64,000 nt of DNA from Candidatus Latescibacterota bacterium (GTDB lineage: Bacteria; Latescibacterota; UBA2968; UBA8231): the NCBI GenBank assembly GCA_965197905.1, contig CBDAOB010000005.1, positions 1,408,001-1,472,000 of the forward strand. Reading direction: 5' to 3'. The first letter of the stretch is position 1. Every line of letters begins with the position of its first letter. The notes under the pieces were generated by a model. It saw only the letters and a program-made list of their open reading frames with translations. It was not told the DNA's origin and did not search any database. A program made the translations under genes and the position numbers. This document shows, in pieces, positions 51,439-61,688 of this stretch.

Positions 51439-51642
51439 ATGGATGAGAAGCCTGGCGATGTCCTTACCATCGAAGAGCTGTCCACCTACCTGAGAATCCC
51501 GAGGTCAACGCTCTACAAACTGGTCCGTGAAGGCAAGATTCCATCCCAGAAAGTCGGTCGTCATTGGCGATTTCGGAAAGAGGCCATCGACCGGTGGCTG
51601 GAGAACCCCCCTGGCGAAACGAATGACAGTGCATCCGAGTGA
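51439..51642 (+). CDS. Excisionase-like HTH DNA-binding protein
   Basis: VLTIEELSTYLRIPRSTLYKLVREGKIPSQKVGRHWRFRKEAIDRWL. Confidence 0.85.
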   Translation: MDEKPGDVLTIEELSTYLRIPRSTLYKLVREGKIPSQKVGRHWRFRKEAIDRWLENPPGETNDSASE

Positions 51643-51714
51643 CCCGAGAGTGGATGGCCCGAAGAAGCCGATAACGGTTCGGGAGTATCCGCCGTTGAAC
51701 GGAGGACGAGTCTC

Positions 51715-53409
51715 TTGACGCCAGAACATCTCCGAGCGCTTGTCGAGGGCGGAGAAACACTCGCCGTGGAGTTCAAAGGCGAAGAAGCGGCGGCGTTCAC
51801 GGACCGCGAACTCGTCGAAACGGTCGTCTGTCTCGCCAACCGCAGTAATGACGGTGCTGCGTGGTTGCTGATTGGGGTGGAGGACGACGGCCGCGTGACC
51901 GGAGCTCGACCCCGCCACGAGGCTGGCAGAACCGATCCCATCCGCGTCCAAGCGCTCATCGGAAACCGAACTCGCCCATCCCTGTCCTCTCGTGCCGAAA
52001 TGGGCTCGTTCGACGGGCGGGAGATTCTCATCATAGAGGTACCAGCTCTCCGCCAGCCGGTCGGAACGTCGGACGGACACTACCTGCGCCGGGTCGTCGG
52101 TGGGGACGGCAAACCTTCCTGTGTTCCGTTTCACTTCCACGAGATGCAGTCGCGCCAAGCTGATCTTGGTCTGCTGGACTACTCCGCACTCCGGTTGGAT
52201 GCCGTGGGCATGGATGCGCTGGACCCGCTGGAGTTCGAGCGCTACCGCCGCATGATCCGGGAAAACCGGCACCGTGGAGATGAAGCGCTACTCGGTCTCA
52301 GCGATCTTGAACTCGCCAAAGCACTGGGCGCCGTGGAACACGCAAACGGCGATGTGGCGGTCAGAGTTCTGGGATTGCTGCTCTTCGGTCGAGAGGATGT
52401 GCTGGCCTCAACCCTGCCGGCGCACGAGGTCGCGTTTCAGGTGCTCTCTGAGACCGAAGTGGAAGTCAACGACTTCTTTCGCTGGCCGCTGCTCCGAGTC
52501 ATGCAGGAGTTGGAGGCGCGCTTTCGGGCGCGCAACCGGGAGCGGGAAATCCTCGTCGAGGTGACTCGTATCGGGGTGTCGGATTACCCTGAGCGGGCTT
52601 TCCGCGAGGGCGTCGCAAACGCGCTCACACATCGCGACTACACGCGCCTGGGCGCCGTGCACGTGCAATGGCGCAAAGACCGGCTGGAAATCTCAAACCC
52701 GGGCGGATTCCCGGACGGTGTGCGTCTCGACAACTTGCTTGTGACTCAGCCGCGTCCCCGGAATCCACTGCTGGCGGACGCTTTCAAGCGCGCCGGCATC
52801 GTAGAGCGTACCGCGCGCGGTATCGATACCATCTTCGTGGAACAGATTCGCACGGGTCGTCCCGCTCCGTCCTACGAAAGAAGCACGGAAACGGGCATCG
52901 TGCTGGAATTGCCCGGTGGCGAGGCCAATCTCGGCTTCGTGCGCTTAGTGGTGGAGCAGGGTCGGGAAGGCCATCCGTTTTCCCAGGATGAATTGTTGCT
53001 CCTGAACGCATTGGGGCATCAGCGTCGCATGACGTTGTCCGATGCAGCCACAACGATTCAAAGGGGGGAAGGTGACGTGGGGACCGTCCTGCGAAAGTTG
53101 TCCGAGAGGGGCATCGTGGAGATGCGGGGTACTGCTGGGCGTCAGGTATTCCAACTCTCGGAAGTTACGAGTTTGCGACTGGGCGACCGCACCGACGCAC
53201 GTCGGGGTCGCGCCGAACCCGTCCAACATCACGAGATGGTAGGCCGGTACCTCGAAGATCATGGTTCGATATCACGCAGAGACGTGGCGGAACTCTGCGC
53301 CATCGCCCTCCCCCAGGCGTACAGGCTGTTGAAGAAGATGGAGTCGGAGGGAGTTCTCCGTCGGGTCGGCACTCGGGGAAGAAGTGTTCGCTATGAAAAA
53401 AACACATAA
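51715..53409 (+). CDS. Schlafen/AlbA_2 + HATPase_c_4 (RecG-C-like) + wHTH protein
   Basis: [58 protein letters not shown]. Confidence 0.82.
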   Translation: MTPEHLRALVEGGETLAVEFKGEEAAAFTDRELVETVVCLANRSNDGAAWLLIGVEDDGRVTGARPRHEAGRTDPIRVQALIGNRTRPSLSSRAEMGSFDGREILIIEVPALRQPVGTSDGHYLRRVVGGDGKPSCVPFHFHEMQSRQADLGLLDYSALRLDAVGMDALDPLEFERYRRMIRENRHRGDEALLGLSDLELAKALGAVEHANGDVAVRVLGLLLFGREDVLASTLPAHEVAFQVLSETEVEVNDFFRWPLLRVMQELEARFRARNREREILVEVTRIGVSDYPERAFREGVANALTHRDYTRLGAVHVQWRKDRLEISNPGGFPDGVRLDNLLVTQPRPRNPLLADAFKRAGIVERTARGIDTIFVEQIRTGRPAPSYERSTETGIVLELPGGEANLGFVRLVVEQGREGHPFSQDELLLLNALGHQRRMTLSDAATTIQRGEGDVGTVLRKLSERGIVEMRGTAGRQVFQLSEVTSLRLGDRTDARRGRAEPVQHHEMVGRYLEDHGSISRRDVAELCAIALPQAYRLLKKMESEGVLRRVGTRGRSVRYEKNT

Positions 53410-53514
53410 AAAGCATAACGTGCGTTTACTAAAAGCACGCGTGCGTTTAAATGCACGCGGTTACATCTGCGTACCGGATCGCGGCAGCAATTTCGACGAG
53501 GAGCGGGACTAGCA

Positions 53515-53921
53515 GTGGCGACCCTTGAAGACTTACAGGCCGGAGTGTTCATCAGAGGGCTGGCACCTGGTGGGGTAGCCAAGGTCGTCCAAATCGAATG
53601 GTTCGGCGACCAGGCTGTCAAGGTTACATATGAGGACGCGACGGGAGCTGTCCATAACCGGCTCGTGTATCGCAACGAGGAGCCCTCGCTCGAGGTCGTG
53701 GCGGCCGGGCGCCCGTGGTCCTTCCCGGCGCCAGGATCGTCAGCCAACAGAAAGCGCATGGGCTGACGCGGCAGCATCTCTCCATAGACCGCCGTGATCT
53801 GGTGTGGCAGTGGCTCAATGCGCGAGGTGTGGATGGCGAGGTAGGGTCGTTCGATGGCGACGGTGCGCTCTTGAGACTTGTCTCCGAGGCCTATCGCATT
53901 CGCCTGGCTCACCTGTTCGAT
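53515..53921 (+). pseudogene. N-terminal fragment of an SNF2-type defence helicase, internally scrambled
   Basis: + strand ...GRPWSF and [25 protein letters not shown] flank an inverted segment encoding [41 protein letters not shown]. Confidence 0.8.
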
Positions 53922-53955
53922 TCAGTCCAAGCTGAGAGCGGCACAGGAGTGGGCC

Positions 53956-55425
53956 ATGTCCTCAGCTGAGATCGAAGCGAAATTGAACGAGGCAGCGTCG
54001 TATCTTAAGCCTGGCAATGATCGCAGCGTCCCCGAGGAAATACACCAGTTCCGCGAGGAATTCGCGGAGCTGCTCGACGAGGCAAAGATCGACCAGTTGG
54101 TGGTGCTGATCGACGACCTCGACCGCTGCCTGCCGGCGACGGCGATCGATACCCTGGAGGCCATCCGGCTCTTTCTGTTCGTGCCGAAGACGGCTTTCGT
54201 CGTCGGTGCCGACGAGGGGATGATCGAATACGCTGTTCGCCACCATTTTCCCAACTTGCCATTGGTCTCGGGTCCAATTCCATACGCCCGGCATTATCTG
54301 GAGAAGCTGATCCAGGTGCCGTTCCGCATTCCTGCGCTCGGCGTCCAGGAGGCACGCACCTATGTCACGCTCCTCCTGGTGGAGGCCCACGTCGGAGAAG
54401 GTCACAAGGGCTTCAACACGTTGCTCGCAAAGGCACGTGAGAGCTTGAATAAGCCATGGCTCGGCGAAGGCATCAGCCAGGCAGACGTGCGCGCAGTCGA
54501 TCCGACGGACGAGCGGCTAAACGGCGCGTTCCTGCTCGCGCAGCGGATCGGACCGATCCTCGCCGAAGGCACCAAGGGCAACCCACGCCAGATAAAACGG
54601 TTCCTCAACTCCCTGTTTGTCAGACTGACAATCGCGAAGGCTCGGGGCTTCGGCGACAGCGTCAACGAAACCGTTCTTGCGAAGCTGATGCTCGCGGAGC
54701 GTTTTCAGCAAGACTTCTACGAGCATCTGGCCGCCGCTACGATGCGCTCTAACAATGGCGAGATCGCGGAACTGCGTGACCTGGAGGCAGCGGTTCAGGA
54801 AGACGGCAAGGCCAAGCCCTCAACCGGCAGCAAGGAAGCAAAGGCTGAGAAACCTGCGGTGCAGCTTGATGAGAGCCGCGAGAAATGGTTCGAGCGGGAA
54901 TGGCTGCGGCGCTGGCTCATGCTTCCCCCAGCACTCGGCGCAGTCGATCTGCGTCCCTATGTCTTCGTCGCCCGCGACAAACGCATTCTCGCCGCTGCAG
55001 GCGAAGTGAGCGACCTCGACAGCCTGATCGAGGCGCTGACCGGTTCTGAGATGGCCGCGCGCAGCGTAGAGCCGCAGGTCAAAGCGCTCACGCAAGGAGA
55101 TTCGAAACACGTGTTTAGCGCACTGAGCGAACGTGCCGTTAGCGCGGGTAGTTTCTCCACACAACCGCCCGGTTTCGAAGGTCTCATGCTCGTCGCTAAG
55201 CACCATCCGCGTTTTCAGACAGAGTTGCTCGAATTACTCGGTAGTGTAGAGCCAAAGATGCTCGGATTCTGGGTGGTCAAGGGCTGGAACGAGATCCTCA
55301 CAGAGCCATCCGCGATCGAGCAGCATCAGGCACTCATGGACCAATGGGCGACCCAGGACGACAACCCAAAACTCAAAACAGCGGCCACCCAAGCCCTTCT
55401 CTCGCTGCAGAAGGCGGTGCACTAA
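53956..55425 (+). pseudogene. qatA: QatA KAP-family P-loop NTPase, N-terminally truncated
   Basis: LVVLIDDLDRCLP Walker B, YLEKLIQVPFRIP, GNPRQIKRFLN; no Walker A; first gene of the qat operon. Confidence 0.8.
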
Positions 55426-56315
55426 TGGGGACGTCAGGCGCATCTGGCGGACCCGGCGGAGGAACGCCGCTCGTGCCCTCCTGGCTAGGAGACGTGCCTG
55501 TGGAGCAACTGCCCGGTGGCGACGGCGATGTTCCTCCCTCGGATGGCGACAGCGATGACATTGGGAACGGAGACACCGGAGAAGCTCAGGGCGCTCTACC
55601 ATCCCTGCCGCCGATTCCACCCCCGCCTTCTCCTGCACGGTTCCAGGGTGCGCGACGAAACTTTTCCGTATTCGCGGGTTCGGGTGGTACTGACCGCCAC
55701 GCGTTGCGACGTGCCGCACGCGACTATGTCCGCTCAGGTACAGGTGGCAGTCGCAACGCCACGCAGCGCATGGGCGCATCACGCACAGCTGCTGGCGGAG
55801 CCCTCGGCCTCTTCCGCGGATTCCAGCGCGACGGCGCAAACGCCACCCTGCGGCGTCTCAACCTCAGCAATCTGGCTGGCCGCCCCGTTGCCGATCTGTT
55901 TCTCGGCCTTACCGACGTCATCTGCCCGGATGGCGGCCCCATCGACGAAGGGATAGCGCGTGACGCCTGGCTGGAGACGGTCGCCGATCTTGGCGACCTG
56001 GGTATCGATGACGTCGCCACCCTCACTGCCGGCCAGATGCAGGAGATCTTCCTCGCGTTCGTGGCGCACACTATCGAAACCCGCCTATTCCAGGATATCG
56101 GCGTCAACGGCCTGAAGATCGCGGCAGACGTCGCCGCCATCGAGGCCTTTGAGGCGCAGTTCAGAAGCTATATTCGCCGATCGGTGCGTGATTCATTCTC
56201 AGGTGATCTGAGCGGGCTTGCGACGTTCTCCGATCGCCAGATAGCGACGATCGTCGACCAGACCTACGAGGAGGCCTGGGACCTTCTCGTAACGTGGGGA
56301 GATGCCGAAGAATGA
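55425..56315 (+). CDS. qatB: Qat anti-phage system protein QatB
   Basis: MGTSGASGGPGGGTPLVPSWL N-terminus, RF.GARRNF, GGPIDEGIARDAW; coupled to qatA (TAATG). Confidence 0.85.
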   Translation: MGTSGASGGPGGGTPLVPSWLGDVPVEQLPGGDGDVPPSDGDSDDIGNGDTGEAQGALPSLPPIPPPPSPARFQGARRNFSVFAGSGGTDRHALRRAARDYVRSGTGGSRNATQRMGASRTAAGGALGLFRGFQRDGANATLRRLNLSNLAGRPVADLFLGLTDVICPDGGPIDEGIARDAWLETVADLGDLGIDDVATLTAGQMQEIFLAFVAHTIETRLFQDIGVNGLKIAADVAAIEAFEAQFRSYIRRSVRDSFSGDLSGLATFSDRQIATIVDQTYEEAWDLLVTWGDAEE

Positions 56316-57679
56316 GACGGCACAGCATCATCGCGCGGCTCGGCCCAAGTGACACGACCCATGTAACGCGCCACATGACGGACTCCGTTGAGACCGAATT
56401 GCGTTTCATCGACGGTCACCGTCGGCTGGCCTTCGGCCTTGGTCAGATGATCGATCAGCTATATGCGCGCGGCATCCGACCCTCGGAAACCGCCGTGGAT
56501 CTCGCTATTCTCGCCGCTTGCGTAACTGCAGCAGACACTCGCATCTCCCGCGTCACGGATTCTCAGGATAGTTGGACCCGGGAGATCGATGTCCATGTCC
56601 CAGTGCGAGACCTAGTAGTGTGGACGGGGGAGGTCGTCGCACTGATTGAACAGACGCTGAAGTTCCTAACCGGCGATCGCTGGCGCGTATTCTTCCGCGA
56701 GCGCCATCTAGACTACCCGGACCTGATCACCAGACCTCGTACCCTGGAGAGGCCGCTGTTTTCTGGTGTTTGCCTGTTCTCGGGAGGCGTCGACAGCTTT
56801 GTCGGCGCGGTCGACCTGCTCGAGGCCGACAAGACACCCCTCTTCGTCAGCCACTACTGGGATCTCAGCACTAGTTCGCAGCAACGCTGTGCAGGAAGTC
56901 TAGGCGAGGCATACGGCAACTTGCGACCGCGGCATGTACGCGCACGCGTGGGATTCGACAGCAGTGACTTCAGCCGCGAAATGGCCTCCGAGCCGACCAC
57001 AAGGGGCCGCTCGTTCTTGTTCTTTGCCCTCGCCACACTTGCTGCCAGCGGGCTCGACGGGCCGCCGACCATCTACGTCCCCGAGAACGGCCTTATCTCT
57101 TTGAACGTTCCACTTGACTCCCTGCGGGTCGGCGCCTGGAGCACGCGGACGACGCACCCCTTCTATATGGCCCGTTGGCAAGCTCTTCTCGGACAGCTCG
57201 GCATCGAGGCCAGCCTCGAGAATCCGTACCGCTTCAGAACCAAGGGCGAGATGCTCTCCGGATGTGGCAACGCGGCGCTCGTAAGGCGACATGTCGGTGA
57301 GACCATATCGTGCTCATCGATCGCGAAGGCGCGCTGGCAGAGCCTTTCGCCCCGGCACTGCGGCTTTTGCGTGCCCTGTCTGATCCGAAGGGCAGCTATC
57401 GTGGCTGCCTTCGGTATAGATCCAACGACATACACGATTGCCGACCTGCTTGCTAAGCCGCGTAACTCACGGAGCCCGGAAGGCGAACACATCCGGGCGT
57501 TCCAGATGATGACCCGCCGCCTTTCACGACTGCCTGACATTGCGGAGATTCTGATTCGCAAATCGGGGCCGCTGTCTGACTACGCTGATGAAGAGATTGC
57601 ACAATATGCGGATGTCCTCCGACGCGGCATCGTTGAGGTTGGCCGCATAACCGATCGCGTAACGGTAGAGCCCCAATGA
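56312..57679 (+). CDS. qatC: Qat anti-phage system QueC-like protein QatC
   Basis: DSWTREI, CLFSGGVDS, RGRSFLFF, PENG, STRTTHP, TKGEM, HCGFCVPCLIRR. Confidence 0.9.
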   Translation: MRRHSIIARLGPSDTTHVTRHMTDSVETELRFIDGHRRLAFGLGQMIDQLYARGIRPSETAVDLAILAACVTAADTRISRVTDSQDSWTREIDVHVPVRDLVVWTGEVVALIEQTLKFLTGDRWRVFFRERHLDYPDLITRPRTLERPLFSGVCLFSGGVDSFVGAVDLLEADKTPLFVSHYWDLSTSSQQRCAGSLGEAYGNLRPRHVRARVGFDSSDFSREMASEPTTRGRSFLFFALATLAASGLDGPPTIYVPENGLISLNVPLDSLRVGAWSTRTTHPFYMARWQALLGQLGIEASLENPYRFRTKGEMLSGCGNAALVRRHVGETISCSSIAKARWQSLSPRHCGFCVPCLIRRAAIVAAFGIDPTTYTIADLLAKPRNSRSPEGEHIRAFQMMTRRLSRLPDIAEILIRKSGPLSDYADEEIAQYADVLRRGIVEVGRITDRVTVEPQ

Positions 57680-58470
57680 CGGAGCGGCTACTAGTCAGAG
57701 GCTTCGATCTCCATTGCCACATCGACCTGTCTCCGGACCCGGCGGCGCTGATAGCAATGTGCGAGAAGGACCAGATTGTCGCACTCGCCGTGACGACGAC
57801 CCCTCTGGCCTGGACACAGAATCGGCTATGGGCGGCAGCGAGCCGTTACGTCCATGCCGCTCCCGGCCTGCACCCAGAGCTAGTCGGGGAACGGCATGCG
57901 GAGATTGTGCTGCTCGAAGGCGCTCTTGAGGAGTCTCCCTTCATCGGCGAGATCGGGCTCGATGGCAGTCCAAAACACCGGAATAGCTGGGAGACACAGA
58001 AACAGGTATTCGCCCGGGTATTGTCGGGCGCGCAGCGGCTCGGTGGTCGAATTGTCAGTATCCACAGCCGGCGTGCCGCTCCTGATGTGTTGCGACATAT
58101 CGAAGAGTACACCACCCCAGATCGCGTGTTGCCCGTTCTGCACTGGTTCTCCGGCTCGGTCCCGGTCGCCAAGCGAGCCGTGAGCCTTGGGTGTTATTTC
58201 TCTGTCAATCAACGCATGCTCAGAGGCGCTTCCGGGATGAACTTGATCCGCAATCTTCCCGCGGATAGGCTCCTCACGGAGACTGATGCACCCTTCCCGA
58301 CAGTGGATGACCGTAAGACCAAGCCACACGATGTCGTTACGCTAGTAGAGCGACTAGCGTTCGCACGAGACGTCCCCCTTCTAGAGATGAGGGAGACCCT
58401 CGCTGCGAACACGAGGAAGGTCTTTGCCTTCGCTGGCATTGACACGGTGTTCGACATCAGCCCATCGTGA
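57676..58470 (+). CDS. qatD: Qat anti-phage system TatD-family nuclease QatD
   Basis: DLHCHID, GLHPE, GEIGLDGS, SIHSR, LHWFSG, LTETDAPF. Confidence 0.9.
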   Translation: MTERLLVRGFDLHCHIDLSPDPAALIAMCEKDQIVALAVTTTPLAWTQNRLWAAASRYVHAAPGLHPELVGERHAEIVLLEGALEESPFIGEIGLDGSPKHRNSWETQKQVFARVLSGAQRLGGRIVSIHSRRAAPDVLRHIEEYTTPDRVLPVLHWFSGSVPVAKRAVSLGCYFSVNQRMLRGASGMNLIRNLPADRLLTETDAPFPTVDDRKTKPHDVVTLVERLAFARDVPLLEMRETLAANTRKVFAFAGIDTVFDISPS

Positions 58471-59249
58471 CGTCCGGCGGCGCGATGAGGAAGGCAGCCG
58501 GGGGCATCCTGGGCGCGAAACGCGCCGTCAGCACCAGGGTGAACAGTGTCGTGTCCAGAACGACGACCCGGATATCCTGGTCGCAGTTCCGGAGAGGGGT
58601 CTATTTTGATCCGACGGGCGGAAGTCCGCTTGACACCGCTTCCGCCTCTGGTGGGCGGTCAGACTTTCGTAAGTCCTTGCTCTGAAAGGTGTTATTCTCT
58701 GGGGCCTGACGGTGAGTGGTTATGAAGAGGGTTGCACGAGGGGAGCCATGTCTATTGAATCGCAACCTTCTGTTTCATAGGAGGTTGCGATTTCTTGTTC
58801 TGCGCCGACAGCACGCTGTTGCACATATATTGCACACTTTTTTCCCGGTTTTACTCTTTGCGCCATGCGTTCTACCACCGCGGACAGGCGCTCATCGCGC
58901 GCACGACCATACACTTCCCAGGGTCATCTTCGCGGTCGAATGACGGGCCTCAAGAGACCATGTCTCGGCTGGCCGAAGCAAAAGTTCAACGGTAGACGAT
59001 CGAGGGCACCGTCGGTATGCTTAGAGAACATCAAGAAGGAAAAATCCGGAGCCACGAAAAACTGCTCGAGGAGTTGGAAGAGCTCAAAGAGGAAGAGCTC
59101 GAGGAGCGTGAGATCAAGGACAATCCGCGAAGATCGGATCCTTTTTAAATCGCTGCGACTCCTTTGATTGTTCAAGAACAGAAAGACTGAAAGCCTGTGA
59201 GGACAACCGCCTGACTCTTGGGAAATTCTATTGTCTTTGGTGATCGCTA

Positions 59250-59621
59250 GTGGCACTAATATTGGTTGTAGACGATTCCCCTATGATTCAGAAGGTAGCG
59301 AAAGCGGTGCTAACCAAGATGGGACACGAGGTGCGCATCGCAGGCGTCGTCAAGAGCGCTCTCACGCGAATTGAGGGGGAGACATTCGACCTCATTTTAA
59401 TGGATCTGAACCTGCCCGACCTGCGGGGTGACGACGCTATTAAGATAATCCGCGAACAAATGAATGTGGAAGTGCCTATAATCGTCTTTTCCGGTGAAAT
59501 CAAGACGGACGTCATGATGAAACTGCAGCCACTGGGAATTTCTGCTTTCGTGGCTAAAGGAGAAGAGTTTGTCTTCAGGCTTAGCGAGGAGGTAGACAAG
59601 GCTCTCGCCAGCGGAAGCTAA
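59250..59621 (+). CDS. Single-domain response regulator
   Basis: ILVVDDSP, LILMDLNLPD, IVFSG, AK. Confidence 0.85.
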   Translation: MALILVVDDSPMIQKVAKAVLTKMGHEVRIAGVVKSALTRIEGETFDLILMDLNLPDLRGDDAIKIIREQMNVEVPIIVFSGEIKTDVMMKLQPLGISAFVAKGEEFVFRLSEEVDKALASGS

Positions 59622-59945
59622 TGAAAAACTGCTTGGTAATTTGAATTCGTTTCGTCCCCAAATGTCCTATCATGCCAAGCACCAAGCGTGAAGGCGCCCG
59701 ATTCTAGTTCTGAGCCATGGGGGAAGTGACGGCTTTCCGGTGGCGACGTAGCGGCGTTCCATCGCAGGGAAGCGGTTTGCCGTCGGATATCCGACAAATG
59801 CGGCATTCCCACCAGATCCTGAAAATGTGCACTGACCCCTAAGAAGGCGGTACGAAATCAGGTTGACAGAGCGAGGAAAGGTGCGATCCGCAGCAGGCCA
59901 AGCACCAGAATCAGATCAGTCATAACCTCCCCAAGGGCCTAGAAG

Positions 59946-59973
59946 GAAACGGCACTGACCTCGGTGCCGTTTC
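59946..59973. terminator. Stem-loop downstream of the sigma factor gene
   Basis: GAAACGGCAC-N8-GTGCCGTTTC 10-bp perfect stem between convergent genes. Confidence 0.5.
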
Positions 59974-60031
59974 GAGTGGAGAGAGTTAGGTCAGCGCTCC
60001 CCCCGCTCCGGGGCTATGGCGACCTCATCGG

Positions 60032-60883
60032 TTAGACGTCTTCGGCAAGGGGTGTACGCAAGACCCGATGGCGGGACGGGTGGCGCAGATGACTGAGCGC
60101 CCGTTCCTTGATCTGTCGCACGCGCTCGCGGGTCACACCCATGAGGTCGCCGATCTGTTCCAGGGTCAAGGCCTCGCCATCCAAACCGTAGTATAATCTG
60201 ATTATCCGCAACTCGCGCTGATCCAAGCTGTTGAGCACGCTCTCCAACTGGTCCTTGGCCGATTCACACAGGACGTCCGCATCCGGATTAACCTGCGTGG
60301 TGTCCGCCAATATATTCAACAGATGGCGGTCGTCATCCGCTTCGAAGGGTTCGTCCAGAGAGCGCACGGCGCGAGCACTGAGCACGGTTAGGAGCACCTC
60401 CTCCGCTGGGATTTCCAACGCCGCAGCGATCTCCTCAATGCCGGGTTCCGTCTCGCGCCCCTGCCTCAGGCGCTGAGAGGTTTGCGAAATGTTATTGAGC
60501 AGGCTCACCCTATTCATCGGCAACCGCACGGTGCGGGCGTGTTCGGCAATCGTCTGCAGAATGGACTGCTTTATCCACCACACGGCATACGAGATGAATT
60601 TGAACCCCTTGGTGCCGTCAAATCTATCGGCGGCGGTCATCAGCCCGACATTTCCCGCACTGATTAGGTCCGCCAGTGGCAAACCGCGGTTCTGATAGTT
60701 TTTGGCAACGTCAATCACGAAGCGAAGATTGGCGTGCACCAATTCGTCTCGAGCCTGCAGGTCGCCGTCCTGAATGCGGGCCGAAAGTGCCACTTCTCGC
60801 TGGCGAGAGAGCGGTTTGGAGTCGGCGATATCGTCGAAATAGAGCTGCAATGTGCCTTCCCGATCACCAAAGCTGTATTGCAT
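60032..60883 (-). CDS. Sigma-70 family factor (paralog of 28518-29363)
   Basis: ANLRFVIDVAKNY, GFKFISYAVWWIKQ, TLEQIG..TRERVRQIKERAL. Confidence 0.93.
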   Translation of the reverse strand: MQYSFGDREGTLQLYFDDIADSKPLSRQREVALSARIQDGDLQARDELVHANLRFVIDVAKNYQNRGLPLADLISAGNVGLMTAADRFDGTKGFKFISYAVWWIKQSILQTIAEHARTVRLPMNRVSLLNNISQTSQRLRQGRETEPGIEEIAAALEIPAEEVLLTVLSARAVRSLDEPFEADDDRHLLNILADTTQVNPDADVLCESAKDQLESVLNSLDQRELRIIRLYYGLDGEALTLEQIGDLMGVTRERVRQIKERALSHLRHPSRHRVLRTPLAEDV

Positions 60884-61688
60884 ATAAGTACCTATTCTGT
60901 TGGTTAGAGAAAATTTGCCGAGTTGGTCGCAGCGCCGCGTCGGAGAGGACAGGTGCTCAGTGTTTCGCTAGACAAGTTGGTCATCTGAGTCGCCACGGAC
61001 AATAGTGACCTGACCCTGTTCCTCCAATTGCCGCAGGTCGTCGATCCGAGCCGCTTTTGAGAGCACGGAATGTTTTGAATTAACGTCAAAGCTAGCCGCA
61101 GACTCAAGGTTTCGGTAGTATGATCGCCGCCATGTACGCACCGAACTCCAGCCCTAGTGCTGCTCGGACAAAAAGCGATAAACGCTTTCTGCAATCAACC
61201 TGTTGCCTGCCGGTGTTTGATGGGCATGGTCATAGAAAAGTGGCGTTTCTTGGCGTCGGTGTTCAGATCTAAAGACTGGCAAAAGATCAAGGTAAGGCAC
61301 GTCCAGCTCTCGGGAGAGCGGCGCCAATTGTTGCTGCGGATAGTCGAATAGCATCTGGTCCTCAACCTGAGGGCGAGCTGGGAAACCGATGAGAAATAGT
61401 CGAAAATCATGTTCAACTGATAGGCGTTTCAACTCGGCAAAGAGTGGTCGAATATGCGTCCACATCTGAGGGCTCCAGGCTCCGCAAGGCCAATGTCGAA
61501 GATCAAAAGTATTGGCATGGCTCTAGAGCGTTCTTTGCACGTAAGGGCGCCAATGGGGCTCGGAAATCATATGGCACTCACTCAGCGATCCATAGCTGTG
61601 TCTGAATATATTTTATTTAGAAGAGATTCGGGCGAAGGCAATTTAGAGAGTACGCCAAATGTTCTAAAGTTGGCCTATGTCGGATGGA

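Larger units (their letters stand above)
29518..58800. mobile_element. Decaying composite genomic island / prophage-like element downstream of tRNA-Asn
   Basis: Serine and tyrosine recombinases, phage head genes, defence genes and many pseudogenes; flanking host genes intact; right boundary approximate. Confidence 0.85.

Noticed and set aside
58960..59150. Short acidic ORF with an in-frame TAG as stop-codon recoding
   Set aside because: More simply a pseudogene fragment at the island edge; no pyl machinery, and TAG is used as a normal stop elsewhere.
58400..59200. attR duplication of the tRNA-Asn 3' end
   Set aside because: No copy of TCCTACCGCCGGAGCCA found by eye, so the right boundary stays approximate.
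28518..60883. The two sigma-70 paralogs as inverted terminal repeats of the island
   Set aside because: They are clearly diverged paralogs lying outside the island, separated from it by the tRNA and a response regulator.
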